63,703 bases of DNA, filler included, from Nemertoderma westbladi (GCA_032718475.1; 4 parts of 4 records of this genome joined end to end with filler, not necessarily neighbours in it), one strand, 5' to 3'. Shown: positions 12,407-26,325, counted from the whole stretch's first letter. The notes: generated by a model from the sequence alone, not told the origin. Numbers and translations are program-made.

Positions 12407-13429
12407 ATGAGATTAGTAATAGAAGGTACATCATATAAAATAAAGCGTAAAGCTGGGAACATATTGATCCTCAAACCGATAGATGTTTGTTCAACTTCAC
12501 AATCAGTAGGCCTACGACCACGGGGCAGTGAAATTGACACAAACAAACCAATAGCCGGAGATACCAGCAACACAGAATGGGAACAACTGGCTAAGGCAAT
12601 GATGAAACGTTTGGTCGGCAGTATGGCCGGCACTGATGATGGACCTCACGCCTTACCTGTGGAACAAAGCTCTGGATTGGAACTCTCAGAGACGCTCACC
12701 GCAGATCGCCCTTTGCCAAGACAAGTTATAGCAAATTTACGCTATAGGAGGCGATTCATTGAATTGCAAGATGTTGCTAGTTATGATGACGTACAGCGGA
12801 ACAAGTCAGGAGGCAAGTCAGGAAATCGCATCGCGTCCTCCGGGGGTCTGTTATCAGCCTTACTGACACTCATTAGATACAGGAGTGGCCTATTTCCTGA
12901 AGATCGCGAAGCTATGCTCGTGTATTATGCTAACCTACAAGACATGGCGCCACACTATAGCTTCGAATACCTAGCAAGGATAGACAGAGACCATCGACTG
13001 CGTGTTGAAGCGGGGACGGATTGGGACAAAGAAATCCGTATAAGGAAACCCAATCCGGAAGATTTAATACGCTCCTGCTACCGTTGTGAGTATTGGCACC
13101 TTGGCCCATGTTCTGCGACAAATTTGCAGAAAACGAAACGCCCATTTAACATGTTTAACACACCTGGGCGGGGGTACCAGGCTGATGTGCACGATGGACG
13201 TCCTCATTGCACTTACAGATGGTGTGGCAAGACCGGACACACATATGAGCAATGTTACAAGCGAATGCGCGCAGAATCAGCAGAACAAGCCGGTGTAGCG
13301 CTTGATTCAGCACAGGGCTTCCGAAGTTCTGCATCTGAAACAGGGTCGGCAGCGAATCTACCAAAAATTATACCGAAAAAGTTTGCGGGAAATTTCACGC
13401 AATCCAAAGTTCAGCAGCCCCCTATTTAG
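12407..13429 (+). CDS. DIRS/Ngaro-like ORF1 (gag-like, zinc knuckle)
   Basis: YLARIDRDHRLRVEAGTDWD motif followed by Cys/His clusters (CYRCEYWHLGPC; CTYRWCGKTGHTYEQC). A Ngaro-type RT lies downstream on the same strand. Confidence 0.6.
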   Translation: MRLVIEGTSYKIKRKAGNILILKPIDVCSTSQSVGLRPRGSEIDTNKPIAGDTSNTEWEQLAKAMMKRLVGSMAGTDDGPHALPVEQSSGLELSETLTADRPLPRQVIANLRYRRRFIELQDVASYDDVQRNKSGGKSGNRIASSGGLLSALLTLIRYRSGLFPEDREAMLVYYANLQDMAPHYSFEYLARIDRDHRLRVEAGTDWDKEIRIRKPNPEDLIRSCYRCEYWHLGPCSATNLQKTKRPFNMFNTPGRGYQADVHDGRPHCTYRWCGKTGHTYEQCYKRMRAESAEQAGVALDSAQGFRSSASETGSAANLPKIIPKKFAGNFTQSKVQQPPI

Positions 13430-13781
13430 ACACTATGAGTCATTAGCCATGAACTAGATAACTCAAACAGCAGACTATTATTATATTCTCTTGTTCATAT
13501 ACATATATAATCAAACCATTGCATTGTTATATTTCTTTACTTTTTGTTGCATGTGCGTCATATATAATCCGAATGCGAATAATCCTGTGCAAGCGCACTA
13601 CAATACTTGCTTATTGAAATTTACTTTATATCTCATCAATTACTCACGTGCCATACATATTTAGGTTCGCAAATACAGTATGTGTTCCTCTTAATTATTA
13701 AGTACATGTATCGTTTTGTGAGAAATATTTAATAATAAATTTTATAAAAGTTTTATTTATTTTGTTTGTTACTTTGTTGCA

Positions 13782-14352
13782 TCTCACTTTGACCACAGTG
13801 TCGTTCCTGGCACTAGTCTCATATTGACGTTTGTGTCTCACTTTGACCACAGTCAGTATCGTTTCTGGCTATAGAGTATCATATTGACCTTTGTGTCTCA
13901 CTTTGACCACAGTGTCGTTCCTGGCACTAGAGTCTCATATTGACCTTTGTGTCTCACTTTGACCACAGTGTCGTTCCTGGCACTAGAGTCTCATATTGAC
14001 CTTTGTGTCTCACTTTGACCACAGTGTCGTTCCTGGCACTAGAGTCTCATATTGACCTTTGTGTCTCACTTTGACCACAGTGTCGTTCCTGGCACAAGAG
14101 TCTCATATTGACCTTTATGTCTCACTTTGACCACAGTGTCGTTCCCGGCACCAGAGTCTCATATTGTCATTTGTGTCTCACTTTGACCACAGTTGCGTTC
14201 CTGGCACTAGAATCTCATATTGACCTTTGTGTCTCACTTTGACCACAGTGTCATTCCCGGCACCAGAGTCTCATATTGACCTCTGTGTCTCACTTTGACC
14301 ACAGTGTCGTTCACGATACAAGAGTTTCACATTAGCCCTAAATGTCTCACTT
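13782..14352. repeat. 56-bp minisatellite, about 10 copies
   Basis: Unit TTTGTGTCTCACTTTGACCACAGTGTCGTTCCTGGCACTAGAGTCTCATATTGACC. Confidence 0.97.
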
Positions 14353-15776
14353 CATCTTGAACACACCTGAAATTAAAGTACATCAACAGAGAGAAATGCT
14401 ACAGTATATTTCATTTCCCGAAAGCAGAATTCAACTTAATCATTATTTAATACTATTTATTTTATACCATTGACATAATGGGTTTGCTCAGAGCACATAA
14501 CATAGGAAGGCAGACCTGCAAGATTGTTTAAGACCACCCAGTACACACATCACCAATAAGGCTGTCTTCCAAATAATTGGCAATAAATACAGGAACTTCA
14601 TATATTTAATATGTTTAAACAAACCAGATAATTCCACAATCCAAGTCAGATTGTTTACCTCAAACTGTCCCTACAGTATATCAGGTAAAGTTATAGATCA
14701 TCACTACCCTGTGCCACTGCCTGAGGCACATGTAAATACCTGCCAAACATCTACTACTCAAACCAGACATCCTGGCGACTTTCGATTACACAAACACCTG
14801 TGTTCTTCACAACTAGACAGCTTTATAGCTGGCATACATTATTTAATAATTCAAATTAGCCTTATGCCAATTTATTTAATAAACAATCAATTACATTTGA
14901 GAACATTAATTCGCCAATAAGAAAATTTTGGAAAATAGGTAGACTCGATGGAAAAATACTAAATTAATAGTAGTATATTTCTAAAAAGTTACGTACACTA
15001 TGAAGCTAGTATCTGACATAGTTAAAAGTAAACTATCAAAGGAAAACAGCTACTTTATAGATGATCCAACAGACGATTTCATGAATCTCAACATACTTCA
15101 TTTAAATATCATTCATTCATGCCTTATCGATAAACAATAGGGGTGGTCATTTAAATTTTTTTTTGGAAATTGATGCTTTCTCAATTTGGGAAATTGGCAC
15201 AGCAAAAAAATAAATAGAAAAGTATTAAAGTAAAATTTTTTTAAATTATGTTTGAGCCCCCCACCAAAGCACTGAAGTTTTCAAGTTTAGCGCCCGAGAC
15301 CACTTCTATGCCAAATTAATTGAAAACAAAAACATTGCAATTGCTACTGTTCTCATGTCCAAATTTACTGTTTGAAGGTTGGGTGACAAGGTTCTAAACA
15401 TCTTTCTTGAAAATTTTTAGTTTACCCCACCCCACAATTGCTTGTAAAAAAGCAAAATTTTCACATTTAGCATATTTTCAACATAACTTTCGTTGCTATC
15501 AAATTGAACAATTGTTGGTAGATAAACCACCTGCGGTGTAATATTTATATTTGATATAGACTAGGGAACAATAATATATACATACTGGTATATAAATCTG
15601 AATCACGTATCATCAATATTATAAAATTATCTGGCTTATTATTACTTTGAGTTTGATTATTATAAAATTAATTACTTCAATTTGAGTTTTAAATTAAAAT
15701 CTTTCTTTGACTTATAAGATGGCATTTCACCACGACTTAAAAGCTGGGTGCGAATCAACCCGTCTTGATTCTTTAA

Positions 15777-17385
15777 GGGGGGGGTACACCCCCCTATGGA
15801 CCTTTTTTGCAAATGGCTATAATTTCTGCTTGTGTGTAATTTTGTATATTTTATACCTTTCGGGGGATTAACATATGGCCAAAGATTGGGTTCAAAAAAA
15901 AAATTTTCAAATTTGCGTCGCCCTCTAGCGGCCACCAGCGAAATTGTTAATTTCACTAAAAACACTACTAGTCTCACAATTTTGGGCGAAAATTTTCGAA
16001 ACTTGGTTTTTCTGAATCAGCATCCTCGGCTCCACAAAACTTATCGGTTACATTTTTTATTTAGGTCTTAAATATTTTTTAAATATTATTAACTAATATT
16101 AATTATTACTTAATAGATATTAACTAATTTCAAGAAATTAATATGGCACAATTCAAAATTCTAACCGATAACTTTTGATCAAAACCCGAAAAGAAATCAA
16201 ACAAAAAAAAAATTTCGAAAATTGGTTAAGAAATGGCTGAGTAGTAGTATTTTGAATGTGAAAAATACAATTCCGAGATAAACGCATTTAAAGTTTAAGA
16301 ACAATATATTTCAAATGTTCCCGCTATTTTCAGTACTGGTATCTCCTTTTCTTTTCCCATTGGTTATCCCCTATCCATATTTTGTGATTTCTCAATGGAT
16401 TTCATGAAATTTGGTTCAAAAAAACCCCTACCCACTTTTAACAACCTGTTAAAATAATTTTAGAGTGCTTGCCAAAAAACACTTCGCGCAGCACGTGAAC
16501 AAATTACATTTTGGCGTATTGATTTGATCGCATACTATTTCGTCATTTAGTAATAAATAGTCATGGAATAATGAGATAACCTTAAGAAACATTCAAAATT
16601 ATATAAAAATTTCCACATAATTTTATAATAAGCCTTTACACAGAACATTAAGCTTTGCGCAGCACGTGAAACCTTCGCGCAGCACGTGAGACATTTGCGC
16701 AGCAGGTGAAGGTTTCACGTAGCACTTAAATTCTTCATAAAGCACGTTAATTAATCGAGCACCTCGGAAAGCTTTTTGATCAGAATGAGAAGCCTTCACG
16801 CGGCACATGAAAAGTTCATGCTGCACATGAAGACTTCGCGCAGCACGTGAATTATTCTCAGAGCCTGCGGAATTTAAAAAAAATAAGTTTATGGTTGTTT
16901 CCCAGAATAATTATTACTAGCTATTGTTATATGATGGTTCACATTTGTTATTACTAGTAGACAACTAGTCCATTAGACAACTGTTCAATATGTAATACAA
17001 AACTCACAAATATCTATTAAATATATATTAATTAAAATTTGACGGACATGTTGACAGACAGACAGACATACAAACAGACAGACAAACTGAGAGACAGACT
17101 GAGATACAGACATAGTGATTAGATAATTCCAAATATTAAAACAGACATCGACATTAAGAAAAATCCTAACAGTAAACATTTCAGATTGCTTATTTTATGC
17201 CCTTTTTAATATTTCGATGGACAGACAGACAGACATACAGACGGAAAACCAGCCATTACTCGAGAAGTAAAAGAGATCTCGCTAAGCCGTTTCCAGATTT
17301 GAAATCCGCATTAAATTCTACTCTAGATGAAATAAAAAAACAAAAAATGAAAATTTTGACCTGAGGGGGGGTGTACCCCCCCCCC
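15777..17385. mobile_element. Non-autonomous TIR element with TTAA TSD (Kolobok-like termini)
   Basis: TIR GGGGGGGGTACACCCCC; TTAA at 15773-15776 and 17386-17389. Excision restores the transposase frame (RVSG-LKNQDG). Contains CTTCGCGCAGCACGTGAA repeats and (GACA)n. Confidence 0.85.
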
Positions 17386-18367
17386 TTAATCCACTAACTC
17401 TCAGTGAAGCTTTACTGACAATTTGAACCATTCTTTCAACATTTTGAGAGTGGCAGGGTAGTTCCCAAATCAATGGACCTGCTTCTAAATCTTCTTTCAG
17501 TTTATAAAGTGGGATATGCACCAATAATGGAGGTTGATAAATAGACTTATTGGCTTTAATGAGATCATCCAATGATGTTTCAGTGCAGGTTATACTCGGT
17601 TTATTAAAAACTCTAGTAGTGCTGTCCTGGTCAACTAGACTACTAATGCGAATGGTGCGGATAATGTCAAATGCTTTCATACGGGTGGATATGTTACTAT
17701 CAGCTACCATGGCTACCAACACATTTTCAATATGTGCAAAGTATGACCCATTGCGCAAAACAGGATATACAATTTCTTTCTCTTTCGCATTCAGGACTTC
17801 ATTTGTGTAATGTAGCATTCTCAGAAAGTTGTGCGAACCACAATGGATTCTCCAGTTTTGACGGATGACAAACCACATTGGGGCGTACACTTTAATTATG
17901 TACAAACTGAGATGTCTTAAGTTTTCAGATGGCTCCCGCTCCGTGGCATAGAGCCGAAGGATCCGGGAAGCTGTGGTTAGCCAACGTGAATGTGAAATTT
18001 TACCAGGGGTGGCGGCAGCCAACTTCGCATCAAAATTTCCAGTCATAATTGCCTGACATACCTTTAAAAGGTACAGTTGATCAGTTGAGAACTTGCTGGA
18101 AATATCTATTGATATCAGTGTTCGCAATCACAGCAAATTCAATAATTGGTAATTCATGACAGTCGGATAAAGCTTTCCCAATGGACCCTGGAAACGAATT
18201 CGCTCCTGTTGTAGGTCCATCCAACTCAGATATAAGATGATGTAGAGGTAATTCATTAATGTGAATTAAGCACACAGCATGAATCAATGGTCTTTGTAAG
18301 TGACGCTCCAAATGTGCCAAAACTCCATTATTTTTGCCTGTATTTACATTTGTGCTATCACAACCGG

Positions 18368-18505
18368 CTGCAAAATAAATATTGTTTAATTAAAATATGT
18401 AGTAATATATAATATTTTACTATGTTATTATTTTATATTAGTTATTTATTATTTTAGAATTTATTTACTAATACTATTTATTTATTAATATTACAAAATA
18501 CCTAC
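18368..18505 (-). other. Spliceosomal intron (138 nt) in transposase
   Basis: GTAGGT...TTTTGCAG, AT-rich; splicing yields LSV-AGCDSTNVNTG. Confidence 0.8.
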
Positions 18506-20229
18506 CAACACTAAGTTTGTTCATTGATAATCCATTTAATTGAAAGTATTCGACAATAGCCACAGTAATGTCCTCTCCACTTCCAGACTTTGGGGAAACA
18601 TGACCAATGTACATGGAATTCGGTTCTTCAAGAAGTGTATAGTGTTCTTCTTTAGCCAAAATACCAGAACTAACAAGCGTCATGTCTTTTTTACCATCAA
18701 AATATATACTTATTGGCTCAGATGTAGTTTTTGCATCGCATATTTTGCTGCGTAATTTATCTTTTTCTCTGCGAATTTTTGATCTATCTAATGTCGTGTA
18801 ATGTAGCCGAGCAAATAGCGGAAGCAGCTGCATCACTTACTTCAAACTATCAGCCATTTTGGCAACATTCTCGACACGAATGCGTTTATGGGGACATTTT
18901 GATGTTATTAAAAAGTCAGCATCATCACTTTCGGAATTTTGTAAATCACTAGAGCTACTATATTCGATTGGAATATAATCGGAAGCTCGAATCCCAGTAC
19001 TAGTAGATGCTTCCTCCATCGATGTGATTGTATTTCGAGTCTTTTTTCGGACATTAGCTTTAGTTGTTTTCACATCTATTCGTTCCGAAATTTTCATCAG
19101 CTGCGGACCGTGCTGATCTTGCAAAAAGGCCCTTTCAATTGCAGGAACCTTACTTGAAAGTTTGCAGACACATTCAGTTATCGGTCGACATTTACATTTA
19201 CAAATGTCGAAACATTTGTTTAGTTCAGTTTGATACTGCACAATTCAGAGCTTAATGGCTGGTGAGTCACGGCGATTCTTCGGGATTCTAACGAAGTTTG
19301 CACTTTTATCATAAATCTTTCGGAGCTGCCGTGCCAACGTTGTCGATGAAGATACAGTGGGAATGCTGGCTTTATTCCAAATCTCGATCACAGTTTGAGC
19401 ACATCTGTGGCAGTCTATATTTGTATTGTGAGAGCCTGATTTTGCATCACGCAGGAACAGTAAGTGGCACATGCAATCCATTAATGTAGGCAGAACTGAA
19501 CTACTAAGTTTTTTAGGATACCCAAAAATATCGTGCTTTTTTTGGACAGGTGTTTGAAAACGTAACATTTTGTAAAATAATAATCTGGTGGTATGGTAAG
19601 TAGTACCGGTAACATTGATAATTCGTATAACTGTGATCTGCTTGGACTGAATGAATATCAATACGTTTGAATTTCCCACCTTCATGCAATTGTCAAAAAA
19701 TGTAGGTAGACTTACCAGTACTGTAAACTATGTCTATGTACCACAGGCACAGGTTTGGAGATAACGGTAACAAGTTATAGGCTGAAAGGCAGGCAAGTGG
19801 GTTGGCCTATAGTTCTACGTTCGGATACATGGTACTGTACAGTATTATGGTTAATATCCAATATATAATAATATTGCCTCATTTCACAATAAATTGTGAA
19901 ATTTTGGTTTCTTAACAGTGTTGGTGGGTTGTGCTAAACTAATAATTTTTAGGAAAGCTGTTTAGAATATTGTCAACCAACCTTCAAACTTGAAATTTTT
20001 ACATGAGAACAGTTGTAATTGCAATGTTTTTGTTTTCAATTAATTTGGCATAGAAATGGTCTCAGGCGCTAAACTGGAAAACTTCAGTGCTTTGGTGGGG
20101 GGCTCAAACATAATTTTTAAAAATTTTACTTTAATACTTTTATATTTATTTTTATACTGTACCAATTTCCCAAATTGAGAAAACATCAATTTCCAAAAAA
20201 AAATTTAAATGACCACCCCTAATAAACAA

Positions 20230-20875
20230 CCTTCAACACCACTGAATATCCCTCAGTTGGAAGATGATTTGAAATATGTATTAGATAAGAAAGATGCTTT
20301 ACGATTGTTATCTGATCTCAAAAATGGAGTATCCATCGGTTATCAAGGACCAAGAAATACAAGAATAGAGCGAAAAAATAACCGAAGTGCAATCGAAAAC
20401 GCACAAGCTGTGTCGATGACATTCTAGTACAGGAAATTCTAAACGGTTACCTCTCCGGTCCCTTTGAAAACCGACCATACATTTTCGAAAACACTCAACT
20501 GCAAATTATCAATGCCCTCACACTGAGTCTTGAGCCAGGAAAAAAAACGACTGTGTGTTGATTGTACAAACAATGGCATCGATACTCTTAACACATACAT
20601 AAGCGACGAAAACGCAACTGTTCAATATACTTCAGTTGACAATGTTGTTCAAAAAATAACCCAATGCGGTGGTAATGCTTACATTGGAAAGCTGGATGCA
20701 AAAGATGCTTTTAAAATAATACTAGTCGCCAAAAACGACTGGCCCCTCCTCGGCATACGTTGGCATGGCTTGTTCTTTATCTATACAAGGCTTGTATTTG
20801 GATTGCGGACTGCCAGTCGCATATTCCAAAACTACAGTACTGCAATACGTTTAGCAATAGAACGCAGATTAAGCA
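20230..20875 (+). pseudogene. DIRS/Ngaro-type reverse transcriptase N-terminal half
   Basis: TPLNI..L, GVSIGYQG, SGPF, VQYTSVD, KLDAKDAFK, DWPLLGIRWHG, LVFGLRTASRIF. Cut before YxDD by pogo-derived sequence. Confidence 0.85.
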
Positions 20876-20983
20876 CAGTCGCAGTGCCAACTGAATACAT
20901 TACCGACTTAGACACCTTGTCTACCCCAGTCATGCTTAGTCAAGTTTCGACCACTGTCTCATTAAGTATGTCCACTTAGCTGC

Positions 20984-21830
20984 CTATTCTGGTCTGGTTT
21001 TGTCAGGGATACGTTTCAAAACTTGTGATCGATCAATAGGTGATAATCCAGTTGCCTTAAATACACCAATAATGTTATTGCTACCATTAACCTCTATGGC
21101 GTTTATGAGCCTCTTCAATAGCCCAGGGAATTGCAGCTTAGGTACTGTTCCCTTTGAACGACATTCCATTATCCACTTCATCAAGACCCCGTCAGTGTAC
21201 ATTCAATGGGCGAAAAAAAGCTACAGCCAGTGGCTGCATTAGTGTATGCAGTCTGGCACAATTGGTATCTTCTTAATGTTATTCTCAATTGCAGCCATTA
21301 CAAAATCTAGAGAAAAATTACACAACAGGTTATCCATAATTAGAACCTTAGGTCCAACAAGTTGTTTAGTGTGTCCAATAAATATTTCAAGAAACCATCT
21401 TGCGAATGTCCTCTGCTCAAACTATCCGCTCTTTGAGACATCATAGATGGTTCCAGCTGAACCACCCGAGCACCACCAATAATACAAGTTTAATGCTTTG
21501 TACACCACCATAGATGGTAGAATATTTCCAACTGCTGAACCGCAGAACATCATTGACGTGGCTGCCTTTGAATGTTCATTCACATTCTCCACCCTCTTAG
21601 TTCCTTTTTTCACTATGACTTCCTTGGCACTAGGATTATCAGTTAAGTTCATTTCGTAACAGTTAGAAAAATTAGATGGTTGAATATTCGCAACAGCATC
21701 TTCATAATTATTGAAGAACTCCTTAATGGTATCAGCAGTAACACATGATCGACTAATTTTAATGTTACCAGCAAGATGCTGGGACAAGTTGTGTCATTTC
21801 ATAAACAGATCCAGGAAATGCCAATTTGCC
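20984..21830 (-). pseudogene. pogo/Fot1-like DDE transposase fragment
   Basis: NCYEMNLTDNP, SMMFCGSAVGNILPSMVVYK, SKSG*F..RTF..WF, KVLIMDN, FKATGLSPID. Confidence 0.85.
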
Positions 21831-22051
21831 TTAAAGCATCCATTTACTCCTAACTTGTCAAGGTAGCAACCGTCTTGGTCGGCCATGGACAGCTGATTCA
21901 GAACTGGCACAGACCGAAGGAATCTGACTGTTTAATTAAAATTTAACCTGTAATATAAATTATATATTTCTACACTAAGCTATATATACTATAAACTATA
22001 TAGTTTTGGGTTTTTAATTATTTTAGTAGGCCTAATTAAGCTGAAAATTAA

Positions 22052-23618
22052 CCCTATTAAACCCGGGGGGGGGCGGGTCAATATGACCCCCCCCCGTGGT
22101 TTTTTTATTATAATTCTGAAACAAACGCAGTTGGGAATCTGAAATTTTATGACTTTTCCTAAAAATCTAGTAGTGCAAGTAAATCCTAGTAGTGAAAACT
22201 GTTTTAAAAAATATTGGGTAGTTTTCGAGTTATAGCACCATTTTCTAACCCTACTTTTGGCACTTTTTTTGAGATGTTTTTTGAAAATTACATTTCATTA
22301 AATATTAATTGTAACATCTCATATTTTTGATTTACACCGGTTTTTTGGTGTTCGCAATTGGATGGAATTCATATAAATTGACTTAGAAATTTCAAACTTG
22401 TCTTTTTCGGCGGGTGCCAAATTTTGGTGCCAGCACCAAATTTTGAAATATGTCAATTTTGTAAATTGATTGTTTGAAACTTGTTTTTTACGCAATTGGG
22501 GTTTTTCGGGTTCTGGTTTCGATGAAATATATAAGAGTTGCACCAAGCGTATCAAACTTGTATTTTTCGGTGCTTTGTGCAAATTTTGGTGCTAGCACGA
22601 AATTTTGAAAATCCATTCAATAGATAAAATTGCTTGTGACAATTTATTTCTTGCGTTTTAGAGGTTTATGGCTGTTCTGAATTCAATGGAATATATAATT
22701 ATCGAACTAGACATCTCAAACTTGTATTTTTCGGAAGTGGGTGCAAAATGTGGTGCTAGCACCAAATTTTCAAAACCATCAAATATATCAATTGATTGTG
22801 TCACCTTGTTTCTTGCGGTATACTGGTTTGTTAGGGTTCTGAATTCAATGGAATCAGTAAAAATTTCATAAGAGTTTTCAAACTTGTATTTTTCGCCGGT
22901 GGTGAACATTGTTGTGCCAGCACCAAATTTTGGAAAATGAGTAAATTGATCAGTAGATAGTATCATCTTGTTTCTTGCGTTATACGGGTTTATGAGGGTC
23001 CTGAATCCGATGGAATCAATAAAAACAGCACTGGACATCGCAAACTTGTACTTTTTGGTGATGGGTACTTTGCAAACTTTGCCAAATTACGCCGAAAAAT
23101 ACAAGTAGCAATGATCTGGCATATTTGAAATGTATTCCATTACAATCAGCGCCCTAGAAAACCTGAAAATGTGAATTTATAGCATCGTATAAGTGAATTA
23201 AAAATTTTGTGTTCTAACTGAAAAGTGCTGGTTACTTGTTTTTTTTCAATTTTTTCCTATGCAGAGACGACTAAACAGCCACTTATGGTAATCATATCAT
23301 TTTTAAATATTTTGCAATGTATTTTGCGCCCCAGAAAACCTGTATTGAAAAACAATTAGCCGAAAAATGTAACATTCAAATTTTGTGAAAATTGTGCACA
23401 ACTTGTAATTTTGGTGCTGCAATATTACCACCCCATTACTTTTTTTCGAAAATTTTTTTTTCGGTCGGATCCAGACTAGTGACACCTACGTACGAACATA
23501 AAATCAGACGTTTTCGTTAGTATTTGTAGATTTTAGAGGGGGGGGGGGGGGGGGTCAATATGACCCCCCCCCCCCCCCTGGTATTTGTACAGCATTTTAT
23601 AGCCCGGTACTAATGGGG
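22052..23618. mobile_element. piggyBac-like non-autonomous element
   Basis: TTAA|CCCTATT...AATGGGG|TTAA, subterminal GGGTCAATATGACCC palindromes at both ends, and internal diverged repeats containing CAAACTTGTATTTTTCG. Confidence 0.85.
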
Positions 23619-24183
23619 TTAAAGTATATATTTCTATTCTAAACTATGTAATTTTTTGGGGTTTATATTTTTTTTAGTAGGCCTAATTAACGTGTAAAAT
23701 AAGGTATATTATTTTTATACATTAACCAATATAATTTTTTTTATATATTTTTTAAGAACCAAGGCCTAATTATTATTAAAAATAAACTATTACATATGTA
23801 TGACCAATCCTTATGGATATATCTTTTTACAGAACACAGCAGAACACAGCAGAACACAGCAGAACACAATAGAATAAAGGCGGAACATAGGCGAACACAG
23901 CTGTAATTAAAATCTACAGCAAAAAATAACACACTTGGGAAAATACCGGACTTAATCATACAACTGTAAGATGTCAATTACATATTTAAATTAAATGGCG
24001 GTTTTCCATATCCTCCAAAATAAATTACCTGATCAGAGTTGCCCGATCAGCTGTTCGATTAGGCCTGTACCTGNNNNNNNNNNNNNNNNNNNNNNNNNNN
24101 NNNNNNNNNNNNNNNNNTTAATTAATTAANNNNNNNNNNNNNNNNNNNNNNNNNNNNNNNNNNNNNNNNNNNNTCAGTACTAT

Positions 24184-26325
24184 AGTACCTGTAAATTTCA
24201 AATTATATCAGGCTCAGCATATTATAGTTACCCCCTCCCCTCATACCTCCCATACCATTGTTTACAGCAGTTATTGTATTATATAATAAATAATATACCA
24301 AACCAAAATCCCAATTGAAGTGCGATATCAAGATTTCCTTAGAATATTCCCTGAATTAGAAATACAGAGATATGAAATGGCCCTAAAACCTAAAACAAAT
24401 ATATTAAATGGCCTTCCTAGGAAAATACACCCATGTTAGATTGAGTTCATAATCTACAGTTAATTATATTAAATTTATTAACAAGTGGCCCCTTTATAAT
24501 ATCAAAATATAAAATATGGCCCTAAATTCATAAATTAATTTTATTGATGTCTATTGGCAGAAATAGACTGGCAGACAGACATGTGTCAAACGGAAAAGGC
24601 AGGGGGAAGGATAATTGGGATTACAATCAGAAGATGTGAGGCAAAGGTGGCTTCTACTGCTTGCCTTGCCATTTGCCCATCGCCTTATAAGTTAATAATA
24701 AAAGTAAGTAATAATAGTAAAGTGAAATTCTCCTCCAGTTCCGTTATTTATGATACGTTAAGCTGAAACTTGTGAAATCAATACTATAATACAACCTGCG
24801 CTGCATCATTGGGGAGAAAATGATCCATATGCAGTTTTTTAAGTTTTTTATATGCAGTTTTAAATTTCACAAAATTTAAAACCTTCGATATTTCATATTT
24901 TATAATCATACCTGGCAATCATTATAGTAATAATTAAGGTGCATAATACTAGCTCAGGCACATTTTACATACAAAAACGTGCATTTATAATCTTTGTACC
25001 TGTAAATTTCAGATTATATCAGGCTCAGCATATTATAGTTAACCCCCTCCCCTCATACCTCCCATACCGTTGTTTACAGCAGTTATTGTATTATATAATA
25101 AATAATATCCACCAAAATCCCAATTGAAGTGCGATATCAAGATTTCCTTAGAATATTCCCTGAATTAGAAATACAGAGATATGAAATGGCCCTAAAACCT
25201 AAAACAAATATATTAAATGGCCTTCCTAGGAAAATACACTCATGTTAGATTGAGTTTATATTGTACAGTTAAATTACATTAAATTTATTAACAGTGGCCC
25301 TATCAAAATATCAAAATATATAAAATGACCTTTTAGATTTACAGTAAATATATTGCAGCCAATTGGAAAATATAATTTGGCAATTGGCAATTACGATTCC
25401 CCATACTTAGTTCCAATTTAAGCCTCATGCGAATTTACTTCCAATGGAAAAGAATTTAGTTCCAATTGAAACGAATTTAGTTCCAATTTTGGCGAATTTA
25501 TTTCCAATTTGGGCGAACTTAGTTCCAATAACTAGAGAAAAAAGTTCGTACCCATTGGAACTAAATTCGCATGCATTGGAACTAAATTCGCATCCATTGG
25601 AACTAAATTCGCATCCATTGGAACTAAGTTCGTTTTGATATTCTGGGATTGGAACTAAGTTCGCCTCGATTGGAACTAAGTTCGCTTTGTAAAATTTATT
25701 TTGGAACTAAATTAATTTCAATTAGAACTAAGTTCGTGCTACCCACGTGGCTATCCCCACGATTGAAACATTGGAACTAAGTTCGTACCCATTGGAACTA
25801 AATTCGCATGCATTGGAACTAAATTCGCTTCCATTGGAACTAAATTCGCATGCATTGGAACTAAATTCACATCCATTGGAACTAAATTCGCATCCATTGG
25901 AACTAAGTTCGTTTTGATATTCTGGGATTGGAACTAAGTTCGCCTCGATTGGAACTAAGTTCGCTTTGTAAAATTTATTTTGGATCTAAATGCGTTTCAA
26001 TTGGATCAACATAAGTTCGCCTTTGAAAATGTGCGATTGGAACTAAGTTCGTGCTACCTTATGAGTTACCAGTGGAGCACGGGCCTTTTAGTAGAAGCCA
26101 CATTCAGCGTCGCACCTCTGATTGTAGTTTAGGAATGTAATTTTGTAAATTTAGGGCCATTTTTTATATTTTTATATTTTGTTAGGGCCACTATTAATAA
26201 ATTTAATGTAATTTAACCGTACAATATGAACACAATCTAACATGGATGTGTTTTCCTTGGAAGGCCATTTAATATATTTGTTTTAGGTTTAAGGGCCATT
26301 TCATATTTTCAAATCTCTGTATCTT
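24184..26325. repeat. Two direct ~340-bp copies (24184-24530, 24996-25330) plus a partial inverted copy (26147-26325)
   Basis: Shared ATGGCCCTAAAACCTAAAACAAATATATTAAATGGCCTTCC and its reverse complement. Confidence 0.8.
25405..26052. repeat. 21-bp-unit repeat array in two opposed orientations
   Basis: TTAGTTCCAAT units (25405-25530) followed by ATTGGAACTAAATTCGCATCC units. Confidence 0.85.

Larger units (their letters stand above)
15672..19568 (-). pseudogene. hAT-like transposase, disrupted
   Basis: IYFDGKKD, GCDSTNVNTG, CLIHINELPL, PGKISHSRWLTT, LPCHSQNVER and C-terminal DGLIRTQLLSR..MP. Has stops, a frameshift, one intron and the TTAA insertion. Confidence 0.88.
15138..20221 (-). mobile_element. 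hAT-superfamily (hATm/hATx-like) DNA transposon, full length
   Basis: ~280-bp TIRs starting TAGGGGTGGTCATTTAAA; 8-bp TSD ATAAACAA at 15130-15137 and 20222-20229. Confidence 0.9.

Noticed and set aside
13782-14352. CRISPR-like appearance of the 56-bp array (and of the 51-bp array at 58665)
   Set aside because: Whole units repeat with no unique spacers, there are no cas genes, and the context is eukaryotic.
24074-24173. N-run containing TTAATTAATTAA (also 48441-48540 and 59075-59174)
   Set aside because: Identical 100-nt scaffolding spacer with an all-frame stop linker; an assembly artefact.
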